In this document: positions 45,638 through 55,353 of the stretch, piece by piece
How positions within the stretch are numbered: position 1 is the stretch's first letter
How the letters are laid out: each line of letters starts with the position of its first letter
NCBI GenBank assembly: GCA_963790825.1
Contig: CAWBPM010000002.1
Span: 231,159 to 295,158 of the forward strand
DNA from: Candidatus Levyibacteriota bacterium
GTDB lineage: Bacteria > Patescibacteriota > Microgenomatia > Levybacterales > UBA12049
DNA length: 64,000 nt
Direction of reading: 5' to 3'
Program-made: the position numbers and the translations under genes
The notes under the pieces: model-generated
What the model was told of the DNA's origin: nothing
Seen by the model: the letters and a program-made list of their open reading frames with translations, nothing else
The model's database searches: none

Positions 45638-46030
45638 ATGAAACCAAAAGAAGTTTTAGGAAGAATTCACTCTTCTTTTAATGAAAGCCATACGGTAGTT
45701 AAAAAGCGTGAAGTAAGTGGAGTGGTTTTGAAAGACGCTTCTGCAACGGTAAAAGGAGAAGTGAAGATTCCACCTGCAAATCCTGGAATGATACCATTTC
45801 CTTTTGAATTATTGCCTGGTCCAACTACCGTAGAAACTTTTACAGTAGTCGATCAACCGGGACAAACAAGTGTACAAGTAATTCCTTATAAAGATATTAT
45901 TTACCTTGGCCGGGAACATGAAAGAGACAAATACAGAATTAATCGGAAAATAAAAGTTGTAAACGAATATCCTTTCCGCCGGACGAGGCGCTTAGTTAAA
46001 TGGCTTACGGGTTGGCAAGCAAAAAGTTAA
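45638..46030 (+). CDS. Hypothetical protein
   Basis: ORF only. Confidence 0.35.
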   Translation: MKPKEVLGRIHSSFNESHTVVKKREVSGVVLKDASATVKGEVKIPPANPGMIPFPFELLPGPTTVETFTVVDQPGQTSVQVIPYKDIIYLGREHERDKYRINRKIKVVNEYPFRRTRRLVKWLTGWQAKS

Positions 46031-47292
46031 GGTCCGAAATTCCTAAGCTTCATCCGTTCCACCTTATCCGCCATCCAGCCGTTGGGAACAGTTGTTAATT
46101 TATTAGCATAGAGCAAAAACCCGTTTCTGATCGTATGATCGCCGAATTTGCTATTAATTTTATCCATCACTTCAGTTAAGATCTGCCGTTTTTTTGTATC
46201 GCTAAAAAGACTTTCCGGGATGTTCTCCCTGTTTTCCAGATATCCCGCCCAAACAGCAATTCTTCTCGTATATCGTAACTCCGAAGGCAAAATGTAAAAC
46301 CCTGACTTTGGTAATTGTAATAAATTATAACAAGTATCAAACAATTCTTTTCCTGAATCAATAAAATAGGGAAGTGTTCTGTGTCCTCCGGATGTTTGTC
46401 TTCCATGCAGAAAAATCCCGATCCGTTTCGCTTTTTTCCCCAGACGCCTAAGTTTAATGCCGATTTCTTCACATAGTTCATATACGTTTTGCAAAACTAT
46501 CCTTTCGTCATATTCATTTTCCGGCAGACAGTATTGCCTGCTGACCGACTTAACACCCACCGTGTCTGTATAGGGAACAACCGGACGGGAATCAATTCCC
46601 AGTCCGACCTGTTTTAAAAACATTCCTTCCAGCGGACCAAATTCTGAGCAGAGAAAGGATAAAGAAACTTTGCGAAGGCGTAACAATGTATAAATACCCA
46701 TCCCGTGTAGCCGCTCTTCAATTCTGGTCCCGATGCCACAGATATCACTAAGCTTTGCCTGTTTATATATCTCGTCCAGATCCTCTTTTCCGATTTTGGT
46801 TATCCCGTTTGGCTTGTGAAACCCCGAACCCAGTTTTGCCAGTAACTTATTATAAGAGATGCCGACAGAGACGGTTATATACTCGCCGATTTCTTGGCGG
46901 ATTCGTTCTTTAATTCTTGCGATAAGTGCCGGAGTACCGCCGAAGAGCATTTCAGTTTGGCTGATATCCATAAACAGTTCATCAATTGAGAAAACTTCAA
47001 CGAAGGGCGAGTAGTCTTTGCAAATCATAATAAATTTTTTGCTTACTTCCCAATACTTCACGAAATCCGCAGGAACTAGATTTATATTCGGACAAATACT
47101 TTTTGCCTTATAAGTGTTGGTACCGGTGCCGATTCCAAGTTTTTTCGCCTCGCGGCTTGAAGCAATAATACATGTTCTGCCGTTTGTCGCTGTCACGCCA
47201 AGTGGTTTGCCGCGAAATTCAGGGTGATATTGCTGCTCGACACTGGCGAAAAATGAGTCGAAGTCAATGTGCAGAATAATCTTGTCTCTCAT
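46027..47292 (-). CDS. dinB: Y-family DNA polymerase (DinB/Pol IV-like)
   Basis: HIDFDSFFASVEQ (catalytic Asp motif) and SIDELFMD. Palm, fingers and little-finger length. Confidence 0.8.
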   Translation of the reverse strand: MRDKIILHIDFDSFFASVEQQYHPEFRGKPLGVTATNGRTCIIASSREAKKLGIGTGTNTYKAKSICPNINLVPADFVKYWEVSKKFIMICKDYSPFVEVFSIDELFMDISQTEMLFGGTPALIARIKERIRQEIGEYITVSVGISYNKLLAKLGSGFHKPNGITKIGKEDLDEIYKQAKLSDICGIGTRIEERLHGMGIYTLLRLRKVSLSFLCSEFGPLEGMFLKQVGLGIDSRPVVPYTDTVGVKSVSRQYCLPENEYDERIVLQNVYELCEEIGIKLRRLGKKAKRIGIFLHGRQTSGGHRTLPYFIDSGKELFDTCYNLLQLPKSGFYILPSELRYTRRIAVWAGYLENRENIPESLFSDTKKRQILTEVMDKINSKFGDHTIRNGFLLYANKLTTVPNGWMADKVERMKLRNFGP

Positions 47293-47411
47293 ATCTAAAA
47301 TTTACCAGAAAATAAGTAGAAATAAAAGGGAACAAAGACATTGCTTCTATATCAATATTCTGAGTAGGTATACTGTAAATATACCCAAAAAAATCTACTG
47401 CAGGGTTTTTA

Positions 47412-48083
47412 TTATTTCTCAGCTGCGTGGAAGAATTTAACTTTCGCATGCACATCTTTCCAGGTCTTACAGGGATAGACTTGAATATCTCTCCTCTCTG
47501 TTTCTTCATTGTCGTAGAGATATACTGTTCCTTTATAATCGGCCGGCAGGTATTTAACAAGTAGCGGGTTATCATCAACAATACCCTTAACTTCCGGATA
47601 AAGATAATAAAGTACTCCTGCTTTCCATTCATTTCCATCTATGTATTTTATTCTATCAGGCTTAGCAATAATTTCTCCTTCGGGAAACTTGTGTCTTCGA
47701 AGCCAATTCTTTGTACCCGGAATAACATCCGTTGGTCGTACTGTAATGTAGCCCACAATTGGAACTATCTCACTGATTCTTTTAACGCTGCTTTGTGCAT
47801 TCTCAACCAGAGGTAATTGTTCCTGTAGCTCATTTGAATGAGTAGATTCTATCACCCATTGAATTACTTCTTCAGTTTGCCAATATGGAACATGCCGGGT
47901 GTAGCGATACTTTTTTATTAAGTCTCTGACAGACAAATTCTCAGGATTACCGAATCTATGCTGCATTTCCTTAACCCAATACCCAATAGTCCAGGAAAGG
48001 GTTTCGTCAATATCCAAAACAAGTCCGCTTCTATTCTCCAGTTGTAATTTTCTTTTAAATGCTACTACTTCCTGTTCCGCCAT
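47412..48083 (-). CDS. HAD-superfamily hydrolase/phosphatase-like protein
   Basis: LVLDIDETLS matches the DxDxT motif I. Other motifs are weak. Confidence 0.45.
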   Translation of the reverse strand: MAEQEVVAFKRKLQLENRSGLVLDIDETLSWTIGYWVKEMQHRFGNPENLSVRDLIKKYRYTRHVPYWQTEEVIQWVIESTHSNELQEQLPLVENAQSSVKRISEIVPIVGYITVRPTDVIPGTKNWLRRHKFPEGEIIAKPDRIKYIDGNEWKAGVLYYLYPEVKGIVDDNPLLVKYLPADYKGTVYLYDNEETERRDIQVYPCKTWKDVHAKVKFFHAAEK

Positions 48084-48113
48084 AGTGGGATTATAGCAAA
48101 AAAATAAGGGGTT

Positions 48114-49703
48114 TTAGTGCCAGAATTTTCGCTCTCCGGTCATAACCATCGCTATTCCTGCGTCGTTGGCAGCTTTAATAGAATCTTTATCATTAATCGA
48201 GCCTCCCTGTTGGACAATTGCGGAAATTCCATGTTCCTCGGCTAATTTTACTGAATCATCTTTTGGAAAAAAACTATCACTTGCCAAAATTGCATGCTTT
48301 GCATGTTTACCCGCTTGTTCAAGTGCAATTCTGGTTGCCCGTACTCGGGAAGTTTGTCCCGTGCCAATACCTCGTGTCATTGGGATATCTTTATCAACCA
48401 CAATAACCGAGTTAGATTTAATTCTGCCGATAAACTTCCAGGCGAGTTGCATTTGTTTTAATTGCTCGGGTGCTGGTTGAACTTCGCCTGCAACTTTCCA
48501 ATTTATAAAGCTTGCTTCAGGATTATCATCCCAGTCTTGTATAATAAATCCGCCATCAATAAATCTTTTATGATTCGGATTTGACCGCTTTTTAGGAATT
48601 TCTCCGAAGGTATAGACACCGGTAGATCTGCGAACCTGTCTGATAAAATCTCTTGCTTCGTCTGTGATATTCGGGGCTGCGACAATATCCATAAGAACTT
48701 TATTTTCTGCATTTTCTTTAAACGATGCGAATGTTTTCGCTGTTTCCAGATCAAGCGGTTTATTTAAAACGACTATTCCGCCGAAAGCCGACTCGGGATC
48801 CGCTTCTACCGCGCGCGTCAATGACTGGGCAAGAGTATCACCTAACGCAATACCGGAAGGACTGTTATGTTTGATGACGACAGCTGCCGGCTCCTCAAAC
48901 ATTCTTACCGATTCTATCCCCGCAGCAATATCGGTTACGTTAATAAGCGATAGTTCCCTGCCGGTTAACCGTTTTAGCTTTTTAATTGGAGAATTAGTAT
49001 TAGGTTCCAGATAAACTACTCCTTTTTGCTGCGGATTCTCTCCGTAACGAAGATCAATCGAACGGCGGCCCGGCAGAGCAATTTCTTTGGGAAACTGCTC
49101 ACGATTTAAATACTGGGCTATTTGCGCATCATAAAAAGAAAGGTGACCGAATGCCCGGGCTGCGAGCGCCTGTCTTAATTCACTGCTTAGCGTACCGGTT
49201 TCTAAGGCTTCTGCTACTCTTCCATAGTCATCAGGATCGACAACTACCAAAACATTTTTAAAGTTTTTTGCTGCTGCCCTTACCATGGTCGGACCGCCAA
49301 CATCTATTTGTTCAACTGCTTGATCCATTGTCGCTCCGGGATTCTGTACTGTTTTTTCAAACGGATACAAATTCGCAACTACTACATCTATTGGCTTTAT
49401 GCCCAGTTTTTCAGCTTCCCGTACATGGTTAGGATTTTTTCTGTCATACAAAATACCGCTTTCTATTTGAAAACTGATAGTCTTCATTCTGCCGTCAAAA
49501 CTTTCAGGATTCCCTGTTATGTCTTGAATCGGTATGACAGGTATTCCTTCTTCAGTAAGTGCTTTCGCGGTCCCTCCGGTAGAAATAATTTTATAGCCCG
49601 AAGTATCGATGAGTGATTTGGCAAAGTCGGCAATACCTGATTTATCAGACACACTGAGCAGTGCATATTTTTCCGGTCCTTGTTCAACAGTTTTTCTTGC
49701 CAT
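48114..49703 (-). CDS. purH: Bifunctional AICAR transformylase / IMP cyclohydrolase
   Basis: N-terminal MGS-like domain (ALLSVSDKSGIADFAK...ISTGGTAK...DGRMKT). Full-length C-terminal AICARFT domain. Confidence 0.9.
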   Translation of the reverse strand: MARKTVEQGPEKYALLSVSDKSGIADFAKSLIDTSGYKIISTGGTAKALTEEGIPVIPIQDITGNPESFDGRMKTISFQIESGILYDRKNPNHVREAEKLGIKPIDVVVANLYPFEKTVQNPGATMDQAVEQIDVGGPTMVRAAAKNFKNVLVVVDPDDYGRVAEALETGTLSSELRQALAARAFGHLSFYDAQIAQYLNREQFPKEIALPGRRSIDLRYGENPQQKGVVYLEPNTNSPIKKLKRLTGRELSLINVTDIAAGIESVRMFEEPAAVVIKHNSPSGIALGDTLAQSLTRAVEADPESAFGGIVVLNKPLDLETAKTFASFKENAENKVLMDIVAAPNITDEARDFIRQVRRSTGVYTFGEIPKKRSNPNHKRFIDGGFIIQDWDDNPEASFINWKVAGEVQPAPEQLKQMQLAWKFIGRIKSNSVIVVDKDIPMTRGIGTGQTSRVRATRIALEQAGKHAKHAILASDSFFPKDDSVKLAEEHGISAIVQQGGSINDKDSIKAANDAGIAMVMTGERKFWH

Positions 49704-49899
49704 GTTTAATTTTTTATATACTTTAAATGTTTTATTTTTATTCTGTTAATTGCTGTTATACAAAAAATGCCGCTATATGAGCAGCACTTCCAGCACTAAG
49801 AATAGAGCAAAATGTAATCTTAGTCAAGAGAGAAGTTAGTATTCAGTTACTCGGGTAGTAAACAGATATTTATATTTTTTGTTGTAATCTGTTTAACTG

Positions 49900-50076
49900 T
49901 TACTTTTCTCCCAGCTTTTCATTCACCCACTTTAATTTTTCTTCCAACATCTTCTTTTTCATTTCAAGATGTTCTTTAGACATTGCATGATCTTTGCAAC
50001 AATCCATCTTCATCATTCCATAGCCTTCTTTCCCGCATGCACATTTATCGCAATTCTCACAGCATTTTTGATTCAT
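49900..50076 (-). CDS. Small (58 aa) Cys-rich protein, putative metal-binding; not in the ORF track (below 60 aa)
   Basis: Translation MNQKCCENCDKCACGKEGYGMMKMDCCKDHAMSKEH... Strong SD GGAGGTG 7 nt upstream. Lies immediately downstream of the sigma factor gene on the same strand. Confidence 0.4.
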   Translation of the reverse strand: MNQKCCENCDKCACGKEGYGMMKMDCCKDHAMSKEHLEMKKKMLEEKLKWVNEKLGEK

Positions 50077-50156
50077 TATATATCACCTCCTTCTAGACTA
50101 ATTGTATACTACTATTGTAATAATTAAGCAAGAATAATACTAAGCAGAAACATTCT

Positions 50157-50825
50157 CTATTTATACTCACTAAGCTTTTCCCGCACTACTGTTATACCCC
50201 TATGCATTGCTGCTTTTACAGCCCCCAAGGTAGTTCCTTCCCGGAGTGCGATTTCTGAAATTCTTAGATCATCTCTAAGACGAGCTTTAACAACCTTTCT
50301 TTCTCTTCCCGGCAAAGCATTAATAGCATCACGAAGCACTCGAGTAAGTTCGAGAAATTCTACTCTCGCTTCAGACTCATCAGATGAATTAGGATAATCT
50401 TGTGTCGTTCGCTCACTTTTATATATATCCTTCTGCGAATAGCCCAACTCCATTGCTCTTTCTCGATAATAGGCTGCGCAAACATGGTAAGCAGTTGTAA
50501 AAAGATAAGATGAAAAAGCAGGAACGCTTATTGCTTCAAATCGAGGCATCTTTTTATAAACTCTCTCCCAGGCTGTTTGCGTGGAATCTTCTGCATAATC
50601 AAATGGGACCCTACTTATGCAAAAACGCAGTATCCGCTCATTATACGTTTCATATATTTTTGTGAATGCCTCGTTATCTCCCCGTGTTGCTGCACGTAAA
50701 ACTACTTCTGAGACTCCTTCTTTCTTTCTCTTTTGTAGATTTACCTGCTCGCTTACAGCCAGAGGCGTTGGATTATCTTTAGCAATTATTCCTCCCCAAT
50801 TAGTTATTCTTTCAGCGAACGCCAT
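50157..50825 (-). CDS. Sigma-70 family RNA polymerase sigma factor (ECF-like; regions 2 and 4)
   Basis: Region 2 (ETYNERILRFCISRV...AEDSTQTAWERVYK) and region 4 HTH (LPGRERKVVKARLRDDLRISEIA). Confidence 0.75.
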   Translation of the reverse strand: MAFAERITNWGGIIAKDNPTPLAVSEQVNLQKRKKEGVSEVVLRAATRGDNEAFTKIYETYNERILRFCISRVPFDYAEDSTQTAWERVYKKMPRFEAISVPAFSSYLFTTAYHVCAAYYRERAMELGYSQKDIYKSERTTQDYPNSSDESEARVEFLELTRVLRDAINALPGRERKVVKARLRDDLRISEIALREGTTLGAVKAAMHRGITVVREKLSEYK

Positions 50826-50915
50826 GCAAAAATTATAACAAAAATTAAAATCTTGAATACATCTTATCTGATATTAGCTGAATAGATACAAGTAAATCTT
50901 ATAATTCTAACTCTC

Positions 50916-51494
50916 TTGCCGGACGTTTATTATTTTGTTAAAATTGGCCTGGTATATGAAGGTAGAACAATTTCAAGGTGTAAAAATTCGCAACTTACTC
51001 AAACTGAGTCCCATGCTTTTTCAACATTTATATTGGTTGATTGGAGAATAAAAAAACCATTACAACCTTTAACCTCTTCTGCAACAAATCCTCCTGATAC
51101 TAAGCAATATCAGGATTTAAACAGCCGCCTTACAAGAGCAGAGCTAAGCCTTCAGCAGGTAGAAGAGAAGCTAAATAAATTAAATCCTAAATCCGTTGTA
51201 GCACCATCCCGGCCGGATACCTCGATAACACAAGAAGAAGTTATGCAGTTGAGAGATCTTCCTTACGGACATCTAGTGAGACATTTACGAGTAACTGCAG
51301 ATCTTACCCAAAAGGAAATTTCAAAATCATCACAGCTGGATATAGGCTATATTAGTAAAGTCGAAAGCGGAGCGTATCCATCCTCAAAGGCCTCAACCGT
51401 AAAAAAATTAGCTGAAGGACTAGGGTTAGCACAAGATGATCCTAGAACAATTCTTTTGCTGGACAAAGCTAAACAAGCAAGAAAACATAGATAA
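50916..51494 (+). CDS. XRE-family HTH transcriptional regulator (C-terminal HTH); start uncertain
   Basis: LRVTADLTQKEISKSSQLDIGYISKVESG is an HTH_3 pattern. Confidence 0.5.
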   Translation: MPDVYYFVKIGLVYEGRTISRCKNSQLTQTESHAFSTFILVDWRIKKPLQPLTSSATNPPDTKQYQDLNSRLTRAELSLQQVEEKLNKLNPKSVVAPSRPDTSITQEEVMQLRDLPYGHLVRHLRVTADLTQKEISKSSQLDIGYISKVESGAYPSSKASTVKKLAEGLGLAQDDPRTILLLDKAKQARKHR

Positions 51495-51532
51495 AATTTT
51501 GTTCCAAAACTAATTTCCTGTATACTAACCAC

Positions 51533-52954
51533 ATGAAAGAGCCTGTTTGGGATAGTAAATCATCCCATAATTTCAATACAAATTTTGACTCCTTCATAGC
51601 TGAAGCACTTTTATCCGAAGGTAGATCGTTTGGGACACTGGAAGAAACAATGTTGCGCTATAAAGTGAAGACGCTTATAAAGCTGGCAGAAAAACAAAAA
51701 GAACGGTTAAAGGAATATCCGAAATTAGTTTCACTTTTTTATGAAATAGAAATGCCACTGACAAAAGTGCTTTTTCTTATGGAGCAAAAAGGTATTCTAC
51801 TCGATACGTTGCAGTTAGCGAAAGTGGGGGAGAATATTGACCATTTACTTGTATCCGTACAAAAACAAATAGATAAAGTAACAGGAGGAGATATTAATAT
51901 TAATTCTTCACTTCAACTTGGCAATTTTCTGGCCGAAAAAGAAGGAGTTCCCTTGGGCAGAACCAAAACAGGGAAGTATGCCACAAATGAAGGAGAACTT
52001 TCAAGGTTTAAAAACCAGTTTCCTATTATTGCTTACCTATTAACCTACCGCGAGCTTATGAAATTGAAATCAACTTATGTCGAAAGTTTGATTCAGAAGG
52101 TTGATAGTTCAGGCAGAATTCATACGACATATAACCAGGTATATGTGAGTACCGGACGCTTGTCTTCCGCGAGTCCCAATCTGCAAAATATTCCTGTTTC
52201 ATCTCCCATCGGGCTTGAGATTAAATCGTGTTTTATCGCTTCACCCGGCTACGTATTGGTTTCTTTTGATTACTCCCAGCAGGAACTTCGCGTTTTAGCA
52301 CATCTGGCACGGGAAAAGGCACTTATTCAGGCATTTAAAGAAAACCTTGATGTGCATACTCTAACGGCAAGTAAGCTATTTCGTGTTCCGTACGAGAAGG
52401 TAAGCAAAGAGCAACGAATGATCGGAAAAACAATTAACTTCGGCATTATTTACGGCATGAGCAGCTTTGGTATGAGTGAGGGTCTGCATATTCCGCAGGA
52501 GGAGGCGGAGCAATTTATTACCGGGTTTTATGAGTCTTATCCACACATAAAGACTTACTACGACAATTATCTGAGAAACGCCCGTATCCAAGGCAGTGCT
52601 GAGACTATGCTGGGAAGAAGAAGATATGTTTTTGAGAATCCGGGGCGTAAGTTTATCGATAATAGTTTGCGTCGGGTTCTGATGAATTATCCGATACAAG
52701 GAACTGCCGCGGAATTGATGAAAAAAGGAATGGTTGATGTAGAGAAAAAAATTCTAAGCAAATATTCTGAAGTTTATTTACTGCTGCAAATCCACGATGA
52801 TTTGCTATTTGAAATTCCCGATAATGAAAAGAGGAAAGAAATTATTAGCGAAATTCAGAAAGTTTTATGTTCCGTATATCCGTTATTGGTTCCGATGGCA
52901 GTTGATATAAAAGTAGGAAAAAGATGGGGAGATTTACAAAAATTTACTAAGTAA
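51533..52954 (+). CDS. polA: Family-A DNA polymerase (Pol I) polymerase domain only; lacks both exonuclease domains
   Basis: Motif A DYSQQELR, motif B RMIGKTINFGIIYGMS, motif C LLQIHDDLLFE. The ORF begins at about the thumb region and is 473 aa. Confidence 0.85.
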   Translation: MKEPVWDSKSSHNFNTNFDSFIAEALLSEGRSFGTLEETMLRYKVKTLIKLAEKQKERLKEYPKLVSLFYEIEMPLTKVLFLMEQKGILLDTLQLAKVGENIDHLLVSVQKQIDKVTGGDININSSLQLGNFLAEKEGVPLGRTKTGKYATNEGELSRFKNQFPIIAYLLTYRELMKLKSTYVESLIQKVDSSGRIHTTYNQVYVSTGRLSSASPNLQNIPVSSPIGLEIKSCFIASPGYVLVSFDYSQQELRVLAHLAREKALIQAFKENLDVHTLTASKLFRVPYEKVSKEQRMIGKTINFGIIYGMSSFGMSEGLHIPQEEAEQFITGFYESYPHIKTYYDNYLRNARIQGSAETMLGRRRYVFENPGRKFIDNSLRRVLMNYPIQGTAAELMKKGMVDVEKKILSKYSEVYLLLQIHDDLLFEIPDNEKRKEIISEIQKVLCSVYPLLVPMAVDIKVGKRWGDLQKFTK

Positions 52955-52956
52955 TG

Positions 52957-53178
52957 TTATTTAATAATTTCTAACAGTTTGTTTTTAGATTTTTCACCGG
53001 ATAATAAAATAATGTTTCCTCTTTTTGTCTGAAAATAATCTGCCAAGGATTCAATTACCGCTCTATTTGCCTTTCCCTCAAGTGGTACTTCATGTACATA
53101 GACATGAAGCGTTTCGAGCAAATCTTTTTCTATCCGTGGTTTTTTTGCGTTCGGATGAACAATAACAGAAATCCTCAT
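52957..53178 (-). CDS. DUF167/YggU-family small protein
   Basis: VHEVPLEGKANRAVIESLADYF...ILLSGEKSKNK matches the DUF167 pattern (P..GkAN). Confidence 0.6.
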   Translation of the reverse strand: MRISVIVHPNAKKPRIEKDLLETLHVYVHEVPLEGKANRAVIESLADYFQTKRGNIILLSGEKSKNKLLEIIK

Positions 53179-53281
53179 GAATAAATTATATCAAGTTACA
53201 TGTTTCTTAGTATATCCTTTCACTGTTCTTACATATAATTTGTTATTATACTCTTGAGATAAAGAGGGGGGGTGAAAATCT

Positions 53282-53452
53282 ATGCCAAATAAATTAAAAA
53301 GGGAGCGCGGGATGGGAAATCCGCCGCCGCCAAAGCCGCCTCCTCCACATGACATACCTCCTCATATTTTGAAGGAATTATTAGATCTGAGAGAAAAAGT
53401 GGGGAAACTGGAGGGAATGATGGAGGTTTTATTAAAACAAAATAAATCCTAA
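53282..53452 (+). CDS. Small (56 aa) Pro-rich hypothetical protein; not in the ORF track
   Basis: ATG preceded by AGAGGGGGGGTGA. PPPPKPPPPH run, then an amphipathic helix. Confidence 0.3.
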   Translation: MPNKLKRERGMGNPPPPKPPPPHDIPPHILKELLDLREKVGKLEGMMEVLLKQNKS

Positions 53453-53544
53453 ATAAGAAGTTGATCTATTTTTGCTGAAAAATTCTATATCATCAATCAG
53501 GTAATTAAAATCCAGTCTGTCGAATTCAGTTATTTTTTTATCAT

Positions 53545-55248
53545 TTAGCGTATGGTAATAGGCATATTTTGCTGCATTTGTTCGTAGTAATATAAAGCAG
53601 TATCATTCGGCTGTAAATCATATGCATGTTTGCTAATTTTGAGCGCTTGTTCTTTCTCGCCTAATTGATAGCGGCTAATCCCCAAAATTAACCAGAGTTT
53701 GGCCTGGTTGGGAAATTTTTTAACCGCTTCCAGGGCAAATTTCTCGCAACTGCCGGGAGGTTGTGTGCGCAGATAAAAGGAACCGGCGTTTTCATAAATA
53801 AATGGTGTCGGATCATTGCCGATATTTTGGTAGAGACTTCGGGCATTAACGGCGAGGTCATAATAATATTTCGCTTTTTTTGTGTTACCCAGCCTGTCAT
53901 AGACAACTGCCAGGTTTCCCAGATTAAGATTATATGGAAATATTGCAATGGAAGATCGTAGATACACAGTTCCGGCGCTATAATTACCCGAATCAATAAG
54001 TGCTGAACCGAGAAACTCGTCAAGTTCGAAATTATTTTTTGTCGTATGTATGTCATGACTATAGAGTGTTATTGGATCATGCCAGTCAAGTGTCCGGATC
54101 AGACTTCGTGCTCCGAGAACAATGAGTAGCAAAACTATTATGTAGACTGCTATATTCCCCAAATTTTTTTTATATACAATGTACTGACCGATTATGCCGA
54201 GCATTCCAAGAAGACCGACCAGCGGAAAATAAAACCAGCGGTCGGCAACAGTCATATCCAAAGGTACAATTTGTATATATAACAACATGCCGACAATAAA
54301 CCAGAGAAGGAAAAAGGCGTATGGTTTTGTCTGCTGCATTTTATTTTTATATAAATAATACAAGAATCCAATCATTCCCGCCGCAAACAAAATGTCAATT
54401 ATAAGTGGCAGATAAAATTCTCCGAGTGTTGGCGTTTTGACAATCCAGGTTTGAAAAATTGTTAAGGTTTTGGGGTAGAAAAATGTTTTTATATAATAAA
54501 ACAATATTTGCGGCATTGTAAGTAACCGTTCGCCAAATGTTGCTCTCATAATCGGTAAATAAGAAAGGTTCATGAAATACTGTTTGGCAATAACAAAACG
54601 GATAAATGCGTAAATGCTTGCGGAACCGGCCAGGGCAAGACTAATTTGAAGTAAATATTTTCTCTTATAAAATAGCGTGAATAAAATTGTGGTTGCAAAA
54701 AACAATATGCCGGATTCTTTAGTGAATAACGCGCATAACAAGAGCAGCGAAACCGCAGTAATTATTTTTCCGCTGATTTTTTTATACAGTACTGCCAGAA
54801 GCGCTGACATGCCGAAAAAGAAAAAGAGAATATCACCAATTCCTGAGATATACGATACCGATTCGGTATTGATTGGGTGGATTAAAAAGAACAGCGTTAA
54901 GTAAAATGATAGCTTTTTATTTTTTAACAGATAGATAAAAAAATAATAGACAAGAATACCGTTTATAATATGCAGTATGAGTTGAAGAAAATGAAACACA
55001 AACGGGTTTGCCTGATTAACTGCGTAGGTCATGATCCAGGCGGAAAATAATAATGGTCGGTAATAATGGTTAAAGCGGATTTGGTTTTGCGAGCCGAAGA
55101 AATACTGTGGTATATCCCCTATAGAATGTACCTGCTCATTTTGTACAATCTGCAACTGGTCATCCCAGACAAAGCCATTAAAAAGACTGAAGAAAAAAGT
55201 GATAAAACCAACAACGAACAAAATAGAAACCGCGGTTCTATTGGTCAT
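53545..55248 (-). CDS. TMTC-like protein (GT-C-type membrane domain plus TPR repeats), paralog of 14716..16524
   Basis: FNGFVWDD...HYYRPL N-terminal motif shared with the paralog. About 11 TM helices. C-terminal TPR repeats. Confidence 0.6.
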   Translation of the reverse strand: MTNRTAVSILFVVGFITFFFSLFNGFVWDDQLQIVQNEQVHSIGDIPQYFFGSQNQIRFNHYYRPLLFSAWIMTYAVNQANPFVFHFLQLILHIINGILVYYFFIYLLKNKKLSFYLTLFFLIHPINTESVSYISGIGDILFFFFGMSALLAVLYKKISGKIITAVSLLLLCALFTKESGILFFATTILFTLFYKRKYLLQISLALAGSASIYAFIRFVIAKQYFMNLSYLPIMRATFGERLLTMPQILFYYIKTFFYPKTLTIFQTWIVKTPTLGEFYLPLIIDILFAAGMIGFLYYLYKNKMQQTKPYAFFLLWFIVGMLLYIQIVPLDMTVADRWFYFPLVGLLGMLGIIGQYIVYKKNLGNIAVYIIVLLLIVLGARSLIRTLDWHDPITLYSHDIHTTKNNFELDEFLGSALIDSGNYSAGTVYLRSSIAIFPYNLNLGNLAVVYDRLGNTKKAKYYYDLAVNARSLYQNIGNDPTPFIYENAGSFYLRTQPPGSCEKFALEAVKKFPNQAKLWLILGISRYQLGEKEQALKISKHAYDLQPNDTALYYYEQMQQNMPITIR

Positions 55249-55353
55249 ACATATAGATTAGCAGATTTTGAGCATAAAAAAATTAGTCTTGGGGTTTAGG
55301 ACACGACTTCAGTATTTATAGGGCGATAAGAATTTGAATTTTAAAAATAATCG

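Noticed and set aside
47264-47638. 124-aa ORF on the minus strand
   Set aside because: It overlaps the 3' part of the HAD-like gene (47412..48083) in another frame and has poor coding character.
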